From Saprolegnia diclina VS20 (lineage: Eukaryota), in contig NW_008246133.1 in the NCBI RefSeq assembly GCF_000281045.1, forward strand, positions 188,541 to 222,277: 33,737 bases of DNA, given 5' to 3'. The position numbers and the translations under genes were made by a program. The notes beneath the pieces are model-generated. The model saw nothing but the letters and a program-made list of their open reading frames with translations. It did not search any database and had not been told where the DNA came from. The first letter of the stretch is position 1. Every line of letters starts with the position of its first letter. This document shows positions 11,445-23,397 of this stretch, piece after piece.

Positions 11445-13713
11445 GGCGCCGTCGTCGCCTTGCAAGAGCTCTCGGATACATGGCGTGCACGGGCCGACGA
11501 CGTCGTCTGGCTGCCGCGCCGCCTCAAGAAGAGTCTTGCGCTGGCCATCAGCCTCGCCCTTCGGTCGTTCTCGATTGCTGGCCACGCCACGCTCCACGTA
11601 CGCGGTTGCTACGACCGTTCATATGAGTCTCTGTTGTCACTAGTACCTCTCGGTCGCTCTTCTGCATGAGCTCATCTGCACGCACAATGACATTCGCGTA
11701 TTTGCCTTGGCGGTGCGTCACACGACAAGGATGATGGCGGCGCGTCATGCGGGCTGTTAGATGGGCGTCCAGCCTCGCGTCGCGGCGCTCCTGGCGGCGA
11801 CATCGGATCTCACGTCCTTCTACGCGCAGCTGCACGCTGTCGACAAGCTCTTGCGGTTTGTCGCTATCATAGAAGACAAGTTGTCTGATGGTTTGATTAG
11901 GCTCGAGCTCGAGGTCGCCCGCAGTGCGCTCACGGGCAGTGCCGTCGCCGCGCCTGTGGACCTCACCTTCCTCGTCACGAGCATATCCGCCCCGGGAGTT
12001 GAGCACCTGATACCGACAGCGGACGCCTTGACGCAGACGAGCCACTTGATCCCACTACCTGCGAATGCACGCGGCGTGACGCACGCCAACTGGAAGCCCA
12101 AGCTGCGCTTTGCGTACCGCTGCCTCCAGTGCGACTCGCGGCTGCACGTCCACGAGGCCATCAAGATTCTCCGCGCGATCGCGCACCTCAAGCCGCTCGG
12201 CTGCGACGTCGCCACCGTGCAGCTCAACCTCGGCGCCGTCTACCTGCACATTGAGCACCATGTCGACGAAGCCATCGCGTGCTTTGAAGCGGCCATCACA
12301 CACGACCCGACGCTATGGAAGGCGTACTACAACTTGGCGATCGCACTGTTGCAGCGCGGCCGGCTCCTCGAAGGCAAGGACGCGCTCGTCGCTGCCCTTA
12401 GCCGGCACCCCTCCGACGGGCGAACCATCGCAATGCTCGCCGAAGTCAACGCCGCGCTCTCGATGGCCGCCATGCAAGTCGTGGCCTCCGAGCGCGACCG
12501 GCAGGCGTTTGCCAACGACGTCTCGGTCGTCGTGTCGTTTCTGCAGGCGCCGCACGCACCGCTCGCCCCAATTCGATTTGACGCGGCGGCGACCTACGTT
12601 GATGACGCGAGTGCGCTGGCGGTGCCCGTGACGCAGCCGCTGGCGCCGGGCTGGGACGGTGCAATCGCCAACCTGCTGCACCGCCTGTATGTCTTTGCAG
12701 CGCTCCGGCGGCAGCACGCGCACGAGGTTGCTTTTTGTATCAACTTATCAACAGATCTGAGAGATGACGTAGCTCTTTCAAAGCGTATGCGAACCAAACC
12801 AGCCCCAATGGATCTCGATCGCGGCTTTGGACTCTCTCTTGGCGACGACGACCGGGAACGGCTTGACAAGCGACGAACGCGCCGAGCTGCTTGTGCTGTT
12901 TCCCCACCAGTAGTGCTGGCGAGTTGAGTCGATAGATTGATACATGGCTAGGACGATGATTCATGCGCTCTTGCAGCCCAACCGCGCAACCTCCGCGATC
13001 ATCAGCGACGTGCGACGCCTCGGTGCTGCCTACTCGCACCTCTCGTACCCTCGACCTCGCGCCCGATCGGCGCCCTCCCCCTTTACGCGCTGGCTGGACC
13101 TGCCGCTCCTCAAGTGGCTCCAGTCGGTGCCGAGCCTGAAGGCCAAAGCATCTAGCATCTACGATGTGCTCATCGACCTCGGCCTTTTCAGTGTACTGCA
13201 TTTGGCCAAGCGCCAGCCGACGCTCAAGCCGCAGCACCTCAAGCCGATGGACTTGGCCGACCGCGGGACGCTCATTTACGAGCTCTTTGGCCTTCGCCGA
13301 AGCGTCGAGGTGGCGGCCGGCAGTGTCATCCAAGGTCCGATTTGCATTCTGCTGCTTCTTGCGCCAATAAGTACGTAGGCGCGATTCGCATCTTGACGGC
13401 CAAGATCCATTGCAAGCAACAGAGACAGCTCCAGTGGATGGCCCGCGAAGACATCAACGCGCACGACCGGACGCACTCGGTGGCACTCCGCGACCACTTG
13501 CGCCACCAAGAGGCCATGCGCACCGTGTCTGATGCGCTGCATAGCGTCCTCGAGGCCATTTTCACCGACATTTTTGCCTTGCCGCCGCTGCCCGGAACGC
13601 TTCCGTGCATTCCGCTGCGCACCGAACTCCGTATGCGCACCAACCTCGCGGCCACGTCCGTCCAGCGCGCGCACCGCGACAGCGCCAAAGACTCGTACCG
13701 CCTGACACGATAG
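11445..13713 (+). CDS. Multi-exon TPR-repeat protein. The 5' end is uncertain, with probable further exons to about 11.1 kb
   Basis: TPR-like units (QLNLGAVYLH...DEAIACFEAAITHDP, KAYYNLAIALLQRGRLLEG). The ATG at 11761 directly follows a TTAG acceptor. Short GT-AG introns link upstream and downstream exons. Stop at 13713. Confidence 0.65.
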
Positions 13714-13720
13714 CAAGCGA

Positions 13721-14796
13721 TTACTTGACTTCGATAATGTCGGCCTGCTGCTCGAGCGCGAGGTTGCGGAGGTAGAGGGACTCGGCGAAGAAGGCCATGA
13801 CCGGGTGCATCTCCTCCTAATACCAAATGTAGAAATCTTGTATGCGGTAGCGTGACGTACGCGTGTCGCCAGCGAGAGCGGACCGGGTACATCAAACACG
13901 TGCGTTTCGACCCGACCGAGCGCCGATTGGCAGCCGGCGTGGCACGCTGCCCACGCCGACGCCGAGACCAACGGGTCGTTCTTGCTGTGGAGCAATACCA
14001 CAGGCGTGTGCTGCTTGAACGCGGGAAGCGGCGGCGAGAGGAGGCCGCCAGAGAGGCTCACGACGCCACCAAGGCGCTCCGGGAACGTCGTTGCGACGGA
14101 AAGCGCCGCGTGGGCCCCCTATGGATGCGCAACGATGTGGGAGTGGGGCTAGGGTTGCTGACCACCGACCTGGGCGAGGCCAAAGAGGAAGAGGCGGTTG
14201 TACGGCCAGCCGTAGACCGTATGCAGCACTCGCAGCGTCTCGTGGAGCATCGGTAGCAGCTCGGCCATGCTAGTGCCAATCGAAGCGCGGTAGCCGAGCT
14301 TGGATATGGGCGGCGTACCTCTGATCGCGAGCCGTGTGCGCGACACCGGTCGGAAGCACGTCTCCTTGGTCGTCCAGCGCATGGTACCACGAGTAGCCCA
14401 AGTCAAAGGGCAGCGCATGCGGCGCCCGCATCGAGAGCAGCGCTACGGCAGGTGGGGTCGGGCGGACAAGAGAGGAGAGATCGGACCTGTCTGGGGCAGT
14501 GCCATGGCTTGGCCGAGCGCGAACGATGCGGCATGCGTATCGCCGAGGCCATGCAAGAAGACGACCAGGTTCTCGTTGCTCGTGTCGCTGGGCTGGACGC
14601 TGAACGTCTGCAGCGGCGTGGGAAAGCGCTCCGGCGCCAAGGCGACCGATCGCTCGACCGGCGACAGCTCGTGCGCAAAGTACCAGCGCGTGTGCTGCGT
14701 TGCGGAAGACTTGAGAAGCACAGCGCGGCCCTTGGCGTGGACTTGAACGACCTCGCCGACGCCGTCGCCGGCCTGCACTGTCTCGCCAACGTTCAT
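13721..14796 (-). CDS. Phospholipase/carboxylesterase (APT1/YpfH-like alpha/beta-hydrolase) homologue, 5 exons, probably catalytically inactive
   Basis: VVFLHGLGD, LSMRAPHALPFDLGYSWY, RLFLFGLAQ|GAHAAL, LGGVVSLSG, LLHSKNDPLV, and C-terminus EEMHPVMAFFAESLYLRNLALEQQADIIEVK*. Confidence 0.8.
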
Positions 14797-15202
14797 GTAT
14801 CCCGAGACAGGCTGCTCAAGTCTAAATGCACGCTACCTTAGCCGCGCCACTTTCGGATGCCACCGAATGAGGCACTTGCTGGTAAACACGAACACACGTA
14901 GGTCATGCACTCGAGACGTAGTGAGACACCGGCGCCGCATGCAGCGGTTGCGAGAGCTGCAGCTGAGGCTGTAGGCGCACCAGCAGCCGTGGCTATAATG
15001 CTTTCTGAAGTGCTATTACTGTCACTTGACGACTACGACACCATGTTTATAGCAAGAGCCACAACCATATTCTCTATTGTCTTCGATGACTATGCATGGG
15101 CCAGCGCACGAAGCCCCACGCACCCAAGGAAAGACGAGGTAGGCGGATGGTGCGCTGGATTGGGCCTAGGGTTGCGTGCATGTAGCCAGTGTAAGAATAT
15201 TT

Positions 15203-15220
15203 TATCCGGATATCCGGATA
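15203..15220. promoter_or_regulatory. Perfect 18-bp palindrome TATCCGGATATCCGGATA in a divergent promoter
   Basis: Seen directly, about 80 bp upstream of the ATG at 15302. Related copies lie upstream of other genes. Confidence 0.5.
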
Positions 15221-15301
15221 CGGCATTCTGCACCAGGTTCACTGGCAAAGACCAAGAGTCGGGCCTCGCGGACGCGGTCGGAAGCAACCGAAGCGAGGAC
15301 G

Positions 15302-16024
15302 ATGGTCGACATGCAGGCGCCGCCGAAGGGATCGAAGAAGCGCAAGCATGACGCCGACGCGGCGCCAAAGCGCGCCGCCACCAAGGCCAAGAAGGCGAGT
15401 GCCAAACCAACGCTGCCAGCGCCTCCCGGCACCGAGCCGCCGCCGAGCACTGCTGCCGCCGCGACCAAGAAGATCCACAAGGGCGCGCCGCCCGAGGAAA
15501 GCACAACGTGCATGCTGTGTAGCGCAAGCTTGAAGCTCAAGGACCTCCGGCAGCATGTCGGAGCCCACATGGCGTTTGAGGACTTTGGCGTCGTCCGCTG
15601 CGGCTTTTGCGGTCAAGACGACGGCAGCTGCGTGATCTCGCTGACCGCGGGCACGTCAACCGTGACGGTGACGCCGGTACCGCAAGGCAACTGCCCGCGT
15701 TTCCGGAAATTCTACGTCACGTCGGCGACCAAGAACCACAAGTGCACCAACATCCCGCAGCAGTGCGCGCTCTGCAGCAAGTGGCTCTGGAAGTACACGC
15801 TGCGACAGCATTACCGCGACTGCCACGGTGGCTTGGACGCAATGACCGACGCCGACCTGGAGGCCACGACGCTCAGCCAGACCGAGCTCGACGGGCTCCT
15901 CAAGCTCGCAGGCGACATTGCAGGTCGCAAGCGCAAGGCAGCGCCGACGTCGTCGCCCGAGCCGTCGTCGTGGATCGATGCGTTTGTGCCCCTCGAAGTT
16001 GAGCCCAACGTGTTTCTGGTCTAG
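15302..16024 (+). CDS. Intronless Cys/His zinc-finger protein, 240 aa, with Lys-rich NLS-like N-terminus
   Basis: CMLC-x9-RQHVGAH, CGFCG...C...C, CTNIPQQCALC and WKYTLRQHYRDCH. Basic KKRKH and RKRK patches. Confidence 0.8.
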   Translation: MVDMQAPPKGSKKRKHDADAAPKRAATKAKKASAKPTLPAPPGTEPPPSTAAAATKKIHKGAPPEESTTCMLCSASLKLKDLRQHVGAHMAFEDFGVVRCGFCGQDDGSCVISLTAGTSTVTVTPVPQGNCPRFRKFYVTSATKNHKCTNIPQQCALCSKWLWKYTLRQHYRDCHGGLDAMTDADLEATTLSQTELDGLLKLAGDIAGRKRKAAPTSSPEPSSWIDAFVPLEVEPNVFLV

Positions 16025-16409
16025 TACAACACTCAACTCGTGGCCGGCCCATTTGATACCATAGATTATTAACCAGCTAGTTATCACTACGCTCAAGTTT
16101 TGACCCTCCTAGTATTCTCTACCCTTCTTAATCGGTGCGACCAGTCCCGAGATAACCCTACCCCGCATTCTCGGACACGTCGTCGCAAAGGAGGGACGTT
16201 GCTTGGACTCTACCGACCCGCAAAGACCGTCGACGCGCGTATAAGAAGAGAGACAATCGATCTCGTGTGGACGTTGCTGTATGCATTATCTAAACGTACA
16301 GTGTCATTAACCTCGCATAACTAGGATCCGTACTAGTATCGTGTTTCCGACTGGCTTCTCTTGCGGTTAGGGTACTTATCCACGTCATTTTATGACAGGA
16401 CTCGCGGCT

Positions 16410-17384
16410 TTACAAGGTAGCTAAACATGTTGTGTCTTCCGCAAAACTCGACCGAGCGACCGAGGGGCTCACGGGCGCGTCGTTGGCAGCTGTGTGTGGG
16501 AACACGTCGGTGCGCAGCCAGCCGAGTACATTGGGCAAGAGCAGTCCCGTGCGGGCGAGGTACGCTTCGCCGCCCGGCTAAGCATGATCATGCGCCATCC
16601 CGCCCTTTGATGAGTTGAGACATATACCTTTTTCGCAAGCGAAATGTCCTTGAGAATCATATGCGAGAGCATGACAAAGAGCGTCATGAACGTGAGCATC
16701 GCGTACGGGAACCAGTGGTCGGCCAGCACCGCGTACGAGAGGTACACGAGCAGTTTGCCGAGAAAATTCGGGTTGCGACTCCACTTGACATAGCCGTCCC
16801 TAATACTAGTAGATTAATACACTGAAACTATAAACGTACTAGTACGTACGTGAACAAGACGCCAGGCGACGACCGCAACACAAAGTACTTTTGGGTGTCA
16901 GTGCACATGAGCAGCGTGAGTCCGGTCGTATGCAGCGCCGTGCAGAATCCCACAAGTCCCGGCGCTGGCTCGACGTGATTCGCAATGATGCAATAGTCGG
17001 CCGCCCAGTCCGCTGAGAGCACTAGGACACCGAGAAGCGCGGACGGCAACGTCATGTACGCCGCCCAGACCTTGTCGGGTGTCACGACATCCTTGACCAC
17101 CCAGAAGACTCCAAACGTCCCGTGGTCTAGAGACGCGTCAAGCACACAAACCTGCAAGTCGAAGAAACACGAAGCAACGTACTCGCCAAGTGGAGGTATG
17201 CGGGCGTCGACCAGTTGCCAAAGTACCACATGAGCAGTGGCAGTACGACGACCGTCGCGGCTTTTTGCGCGTTCAAAAGCTTGCGAACTTGGACTGGCCG
17301 CGGACCGCCAAGGCAATCGAGCATGAGATAGTCCTTGAGCGGAATCACATAGCGTAGGTACACGTCGGTGATGCATTGCTGCAT
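16410..17384 (-). CDS. Steroid 5-alpha-reductase/DUF1295-like membrane protein, paralogue A (4 exons)
   Basis: CLGGPRP, HGTFGVFWVVKDVVTPD, TDTQKYF, DGYVKWSRNPNFLG and KDISLAKK. Confidence 0.8.
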
Positions 17385-17769
17385 GCTGCTGCGCCAAAGT
17401 GAACGTGGCACAACGTGAAACGACACGAAACACTCTTTACGAATACGAATATTAGTAGAGCAAATCTCAGTACTTATCCGAAGGTTTGCTCTAGTTAACC
17501 CTCCCAGACCTAAAGGCGGATAATTGATATCGGCCACGCCTTGCAGTCTTTGAGCAGCCTATGAGTCGCTTCCACCGCGCTACATGTAGACCTGTGCATG
17601 CTGTCTACCAGAGCATGACGCGATGCGAGATGAGAGCATCTTGCTGCCGAGATGACGGGGTGCAACCGCCCTCGGTTTCGGTTGGGGCGGTCTCTGGTTG
17701 GCCGGCTCGAGGGCTAACTATGACACTGCGGCCTTTCGTCGTCACCATGCACTTGCTATCGAAACGAAC

Positions 17770-18725
17770 ATGGAGAGGATCTACGTCACTGCTGTCATCC
17801 CAGTCAAGGACTACTGCATGTACAGCTGCCTCGGCGGCCCACGACCGTTGACGCTCGGGCGGCTCGTCAACCTTCACAAGGCTGCGACCCCCCCGCTCAT
17901 GATTGGGCTCATGCACGCATATGACAACTTTACCATCTCGGCCTACGTCTACGTTGCCTGTACATGACGACATTGGACAAAAGACAATGACAAGTTGTAC
18001 CCACGTGTGTAGGCCATAGCTCGCTCGCAACCGCGTGGCTTCTCAAGGGCCGTGTCATGCCCGACCAAATGTTTGCCGGACGCATGACGATTGTGTCGTC
18101 GGTGCTCTGCGTCGGTGTCTTTGGCGGCTACTGGGCCGCGGGGTTCCTGCTGATTTCCGGCCGCGTCGAGTCGTCGTCGCTCGTGCTGTCCCTTGTGCTC
18201 TACATGCACACGATGGGGCTTCTCTGCCTCATGTGCACCGACACGCAAAAGTTTTACCAGCTGCGCGCCCGGCCGGGGCTCATCACGTACGCCGCTGCAA
18301 TATAGGTATCAAGGTATCGACAAATCAACTCCGCCATGGTTTAGGGATGGGTGGCTCACGTGGAGCCGCAACACCAACTACCTTGGGACGTTTACTGTCT
18401 ACCTCTCGTATGCGATTCTGGCGCAGCACTGGGTCCCGTACGCGTGGCTCGGGCTCATGGTCGGTGTCTCGTACCTCTCGCGGATGGTCGTCAAGGACAT
18501 TTCGCTGCGCAAAAAAGTATATTTTTTCGATCGATCTTGCAGACGAATGACTTTTTTGTATAGGAAGGCGCGGACCGCTACATGTCCCAGGCGTGGTTCT
18601 TCTTTCCCAATGTCTTTGGCTGGGCACGGCACACGCTGTATGCGCCCATCGTCGTCCATCCCGACGTTCTTGCCGGTCCGAGTCCCGACGAAGTCGCCGC
18701 TTGCAGGCCTATCGGGCCAACATAA
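17770..18725 (+). CDS. Steroid 5-alpha-reductase/DUF1295-like membrane protein, paralogue B (4 exons)
   Basis: CLGGPRP, WLLKGRVMPD, TDTQKFY, DGWLTWSRNTNYLG and KDISLRKK. Intron positions match paralogue A. Confidence 0.8.
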
Positions 18726-18841
18726 GAATGAATCCGAAATTGATCTCGCCCGACTTGTGCACAGCTTGTCTAGCGCTTTGATCTACCGTTGCGATGACCC
18801 TTGACAGCTACAAAACAGAATCTATATTCTGGATTAAAGAG

Positions 18842-20225
18842 TTACTTGGCGCGCCAGACCATGGCGCGGCCCGAACTGTTGCCGCTCACAATCACGTCGA
18901 TCGACGGGTGGAACGTGTTCATTGAAAACACCGACCGGCAGAGGTCGTCGTCCAAGCGCTGCAGCGGCTGTTTGGTTCTCGCGCCAAAAATCTCGATGCA
19001 GCGCGGCTGCTGGTTCGACCCGAGGACGTAGCGCGGCGTCGCACTGCACTTGGGGTCCCAGTGCGCGTGAAACTTGGTGAGCCACCGGCCTGTCTGATTG
19101 TTGTGTACAAAGCGGGTCGTGGGTTTATCGCTGGTCGCTGGCATGCTGTACAGGTGGACATAGTCGTCTTGGCCGACGGTCACAAGCCACTCGCCATTGG
19201 GCGAAAAGTAGGCGCAGTTGATACTGCGGTGGTGCGGCAATGTGACGAGTGGCGTCGACGGCTGGCGGGCATCCCAGAGACACACGGTGCGATCGAGCGA
19301 CGCGGTCGCAAAGCTGCTAGCCGCAATATGAAGATGTTGGTCAGGCATAGGGTGCTACGTACTGGGTCGATCCCGGTTGGCGGTGCACCGTGTTGATCTT
19401 CTTCTCGTGGAGGGTCCACGATGTGGGCTTGCCACGAGCGCGCCGGTCGATCGAGAAGACGTGCCCGGCTTCGTCGCACGTCAAGAGCGCATTCGGTTCG
19501 GAGATGTCGACGTAGGTCAGCGCGACGTCGGTGTGGAAGACGTCGGTGCGCGCTTGCGTCACGAGGTCGTACTGCTGGATGCTGCCGTCAAAGGCCGATG
19601 TGAGCAGCGTATCCGCTTCAAAATGAATCGACGAGATCGCTTGCTTGTGCGGTCGCCACGTCACGATCGTATTGTCGTCGCTGCTGTCGCGGTCCAGTGG
19701 CACAGACCAGAGCGCGACGTTGCCGTCGACGTCAGCGATCGCCGAGAGAATGTGGTCCTTGGCCAATGACGGGTGGCACGCGATTGCGTAGATACGGCTC
19801 GGTGTGACCTTTTCGACATCGAATTCGTGCAGTGTGTACTTGGCGTCTTCCTGGGGCGCCTCCACGACCGGCTTGCGCTCGGCGCCGTCCCGGCCAAAGA
19901 GCTGCCCGAGCGCCGCCGAGTCGGCGTCGGTCGGAAACGACGCTTCATTCGCGACGAGTTCTTCGGACAAGTGCGCTCGAAGCTCGCGCGGCAACGGCGC
20001 CTGAAGGTCGTCTGGCAACACGGCCTCCTTGCCTTGAAGGCGGCGCGATGACCGGCGCGGCGCGGCCACGTCGTCGTCCACGGTCTTCTTGCGCTTGATG
20101 GGCTTGGGCTTGGCCGCGTTCACGCGCTGCTTGAGCGCCGTCGCCGACGCCTTGAGGCCCATCTCCTCCATCATCTGCATGTTGCGCGCAATCTTGGCGC
20201 GGCGCGCCTCCTCGTACGCCGACAT
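18842..20225 (-). CDS. WDR76: WD40-repeat protein, WDR76/Cmr1-like. Intron 19317-19362
   Basis: N-terminal SAYEEARRAKIARNMQMMEEMGL, RRSSRRL, KVTPSRIYAI, FATASLDRTVCLWDAR, HNNQTGRWLTKF and SGNSSGR. Confidence 0.85.
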
Positions 20226-21062
20226 GCTCCTGGATCGATGCGGCTCGTCCACGATTTGCTAAATGTAGCACAAAACCGGATGCGTCCGGATACGGTGCCA
20301 CGCCGCCATTCCCGCCACAATGAAGCCCTTCGACGATTCGCGCCGCCGAGCCAACGATGCAGCACCTCTCGCCAGTCGACAAAGCGTATACGACGAGGTT
20401 CGACAACATGAATACCTTGCCTCTAAACAATAGCAAACAATAAGGTCGTCCCACACATTTATCACCCACCACACGTAATCGTGCTTGCGCGAGGTCGCCG
20501 ACGCCCCTTGGACGATTAAGTGCCAGTGAGGCAGTACCAGGTATGCAAGCGTGTTCCACTTCGACCATATCTGACGGCGTCATGATGCGCCATTTTGTTT
20601 CATCCATCATCGTTAGAGGCTGCTGGGCAGAGGCGACTGGATGGCTTCATCGCGGTCGGTCCTTGACACCAGAACTATGGTTCCTCGGCTGCATGGGTTG
20701 AAGGGACTGTAGCTGCTCTACCGCGTTTGTGTCTTTCGAGCACTGCGAGGCAAAACATTGGACGAGCGACCACCGCGCACTCCGCTTGGTTTTGCTGCCG
20801 AGATGTTGGACGATGCGAGTTGTCGGTCATTTGCCTGGTGCGTTGGCGTGATCAGCGTCGTCTTGAATGCTACGTGGGTTGTTCGAGCAAACGATAGTTG
20901 CTCCAGTAGCTACATGTAGCTATCTACACCTCTTGGCGTTCTTCAATGCTGTGGGCTCGTCACGAAATCTGGACCTCGTCATCCGACGAGAGAGGGCGTT
21001 ACGCGGCTGTGTCTACAGAAGCAAAACGACCTCAGCCAAACCAAATTAGCTCGAGCCAGTAG

Positions 21063-22916
21063 ATGGTGCGGACGCGCAAGGTAGCGGCGGTGATACCCGG
21101 TCCGTCCGTGCAGCTCCTGGAAGCGCTCACTGCACGGCGCCACCGCGTGCGGCACGATGTGTGCCTCTTCTTTGTGAGTCTCTTTGTCTCGATCAACATT
21201 GTCATCATGGTAAACCTTTCTAAAATCTGATCTCATCTCTCCAAATGTAGCCGTTCGAGGCGTATTTGTCCGAGCCGGTGCCGTGGAGTGCACCGCCGAT
21301 CGACAAGCCCGATGCAACGACCTTTGCTGCCTTCAACACGACGACACTCGCGCGCAACCAAGCCTTGTACAACCGCGGGACGCTTCCGCGCGGCGACACC
21401 TACTATGCCGACGCCAGTGAGCACAGCTATGTGCTTCGCCACGTGCTCGAGGTGTCAATGCCAAGGACGTGTGCGTCACTGGTCTTGGGGCTACCCGGTG
21501 CCGTATTTTACGGCTCGGCCATGCACGCGCTCCTCTGCGACGTCGCGACGCTCAGGAATCAGACGGCGCTCCGTTGGCACAACCGGGGCACCTGCCTTGT
21601 CGTGACGTTTCTCTGGCTGCCGATCGCCCACGAGTGTCTTTGGCTCACGGCCGGGAACGATCTCGTGGCCACCAACTCGTCCGTCGAAGTGACATTGTAC
21701 TTTGCTCTCACGCAGTACCCGTACCCGGCGCTGCTCTGGACCAAGTTTGTGTGCCGCACGATCTCGACGTACATTGTCGTGTACGTCCTCTGGGATCGGT
21801 ACTACAAACACTATTTTGCGCTCGCCCGGTTGATGGGCGAGCACGGCCACCGCGCCGGCTTGGACAACGGGTACGTGTGGCACTACCACCTCGTTGTCGG
21901 GGACCCGACTTCGATCCTTGTCACGAGTCCGCTGGTTGTCGGCGTGTTCTTTTTGGACATTTGGCTGAGCCCGCACGTGATTGCAACCGCTGTCCTACGG
22001 CTCTTGCAGACCCAAGACGTCTCAACCATGCTGCGCGCCGCTTTGTATCTCTTTCGCATGGTGCGCAAAACCACTAATGACATTAGTGGCTGTACTTTGC
22101 ACTAGGTTTGGATCGCGTACGGTGCCATGTGTGCAACCTCTGTGTGTCTGAAGCGGTCACGGCGCCACTGCCTCTTTGCCGAGGTTGACCCGACCGTGCT
22201 CGTGCTCACCATGACGTTCTATGGCCCGCTCTTGTGGCTTCTCGCTGGCAACGTCTGGGTTTGCCTGCGACTGTGCCAATGGCTCCTCACGTGCTTACTG
22301 CCGGAGGACGCCAAAGCGACGCGCGTCGAGATCATTCTCGTGGGTACTGTCTACATTGCACTTGTGGCGCTGCTGCCATTGACGTACGGCTTTCTCGTTG
22401 GCTATATCCGTACGCAAGACAAATTGTCCATCGATGTACGACAACTGAGAACGATGGAATGTACTAGGGAAACCGCGGGTGCCGTCGATCGCGTACCATA
22501 GCTATCGGTACAATTCGCTCAAAACCCGGGCGTTCATCACGCCGGTCCACCCGCTTCGACTCGGCGAACACCTCGGTGTTTCGTTTGGCGGCTCGATCTA
22601 CTCGGTGTTTGAAATGCGCATGCAGTACAAGAAGACGCCGACGATGAATGCGCGCGGGTCCGACTGCTTCCTCTTGTGCTACCGCAACAGCGACCTGGTC
22701 GCCAAGATGCGACTCAGCCTTCTCGGCAGCCTCGACTGCAGTGGCGGCGGGAGAAGCCCGCCCATAATTGATGCCGACGAGCCGTGCGAGTTTCATGTAA
22801 ATGCCCTCAACTACTCGGGCCGCCAGCGAAAGCTGTCGCTTCTTGCGGGCCGCGGCAGCATCGACACACGCATCACGATCTCCCGGTCGACGCACCCGAC
22901 CGAGTGGTGTATGTAA
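21063..22916 (+). CDS. Multipass membrane protein of an oomycete-type uncharacterised family. Exons 21063-21209, 21251-22060, 22106-22409, 22468-22916
   Basis: Spliced NIVIM|PFEAYLSEP, WTKFVCR, LWDRYYKHY, VVGDPT, EVDPT, GGSIY and RGSDCF. Several hydrophobic helices and canonical introns. Confidence 0.75.
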
Positions 22917-23397
22917 TGACTTTACCGCTTGCTCAAGATCGCAAATTCTTACACTCTTTGTCGAGATCACATAATAAAGATGCGTCTCTGTCAACGTGTG
23001 CCAACGCGTCGCACGACAGCGCCATCGTGTCAAGACGGCGGCTGACCAAGAAATGACCGGCGCGCTGCAATGCACTAGTACCTACAACGTGGTCCTTCGA
23101 GCCGATTCCTTATCCCCAATCGTCTCTCCATTTTGTAAGACGACCATCCGCAGTGCTAACGACCGAGACGATCCGACACGTTGCAGGTCTTGGCCAGCCC
23201 GACGCGACCGTCCAAGATCGCAACCCTTCACATACGTATTATAAACCCTTCAAGTAAATACTATACCCTTCGCTTAAGTATTGTAGGCAAACGGACCCTT
23301 TTGGTTGGCTTCCAGTCGTTGGGTCTTTTTAGACCAATGGCATCGCCCGACGTAATTGGCTCGCGAGCATCAAGTTGCATCTCGCGTCGCCGCCGGT

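Noticed and set aside
20320..21050. Possible spliced gene divergent from WDR76 (MKPFDDSRR...)
   Set aside because: Splice-like signals are present, but there is no convincing frame-consistent model or homology.
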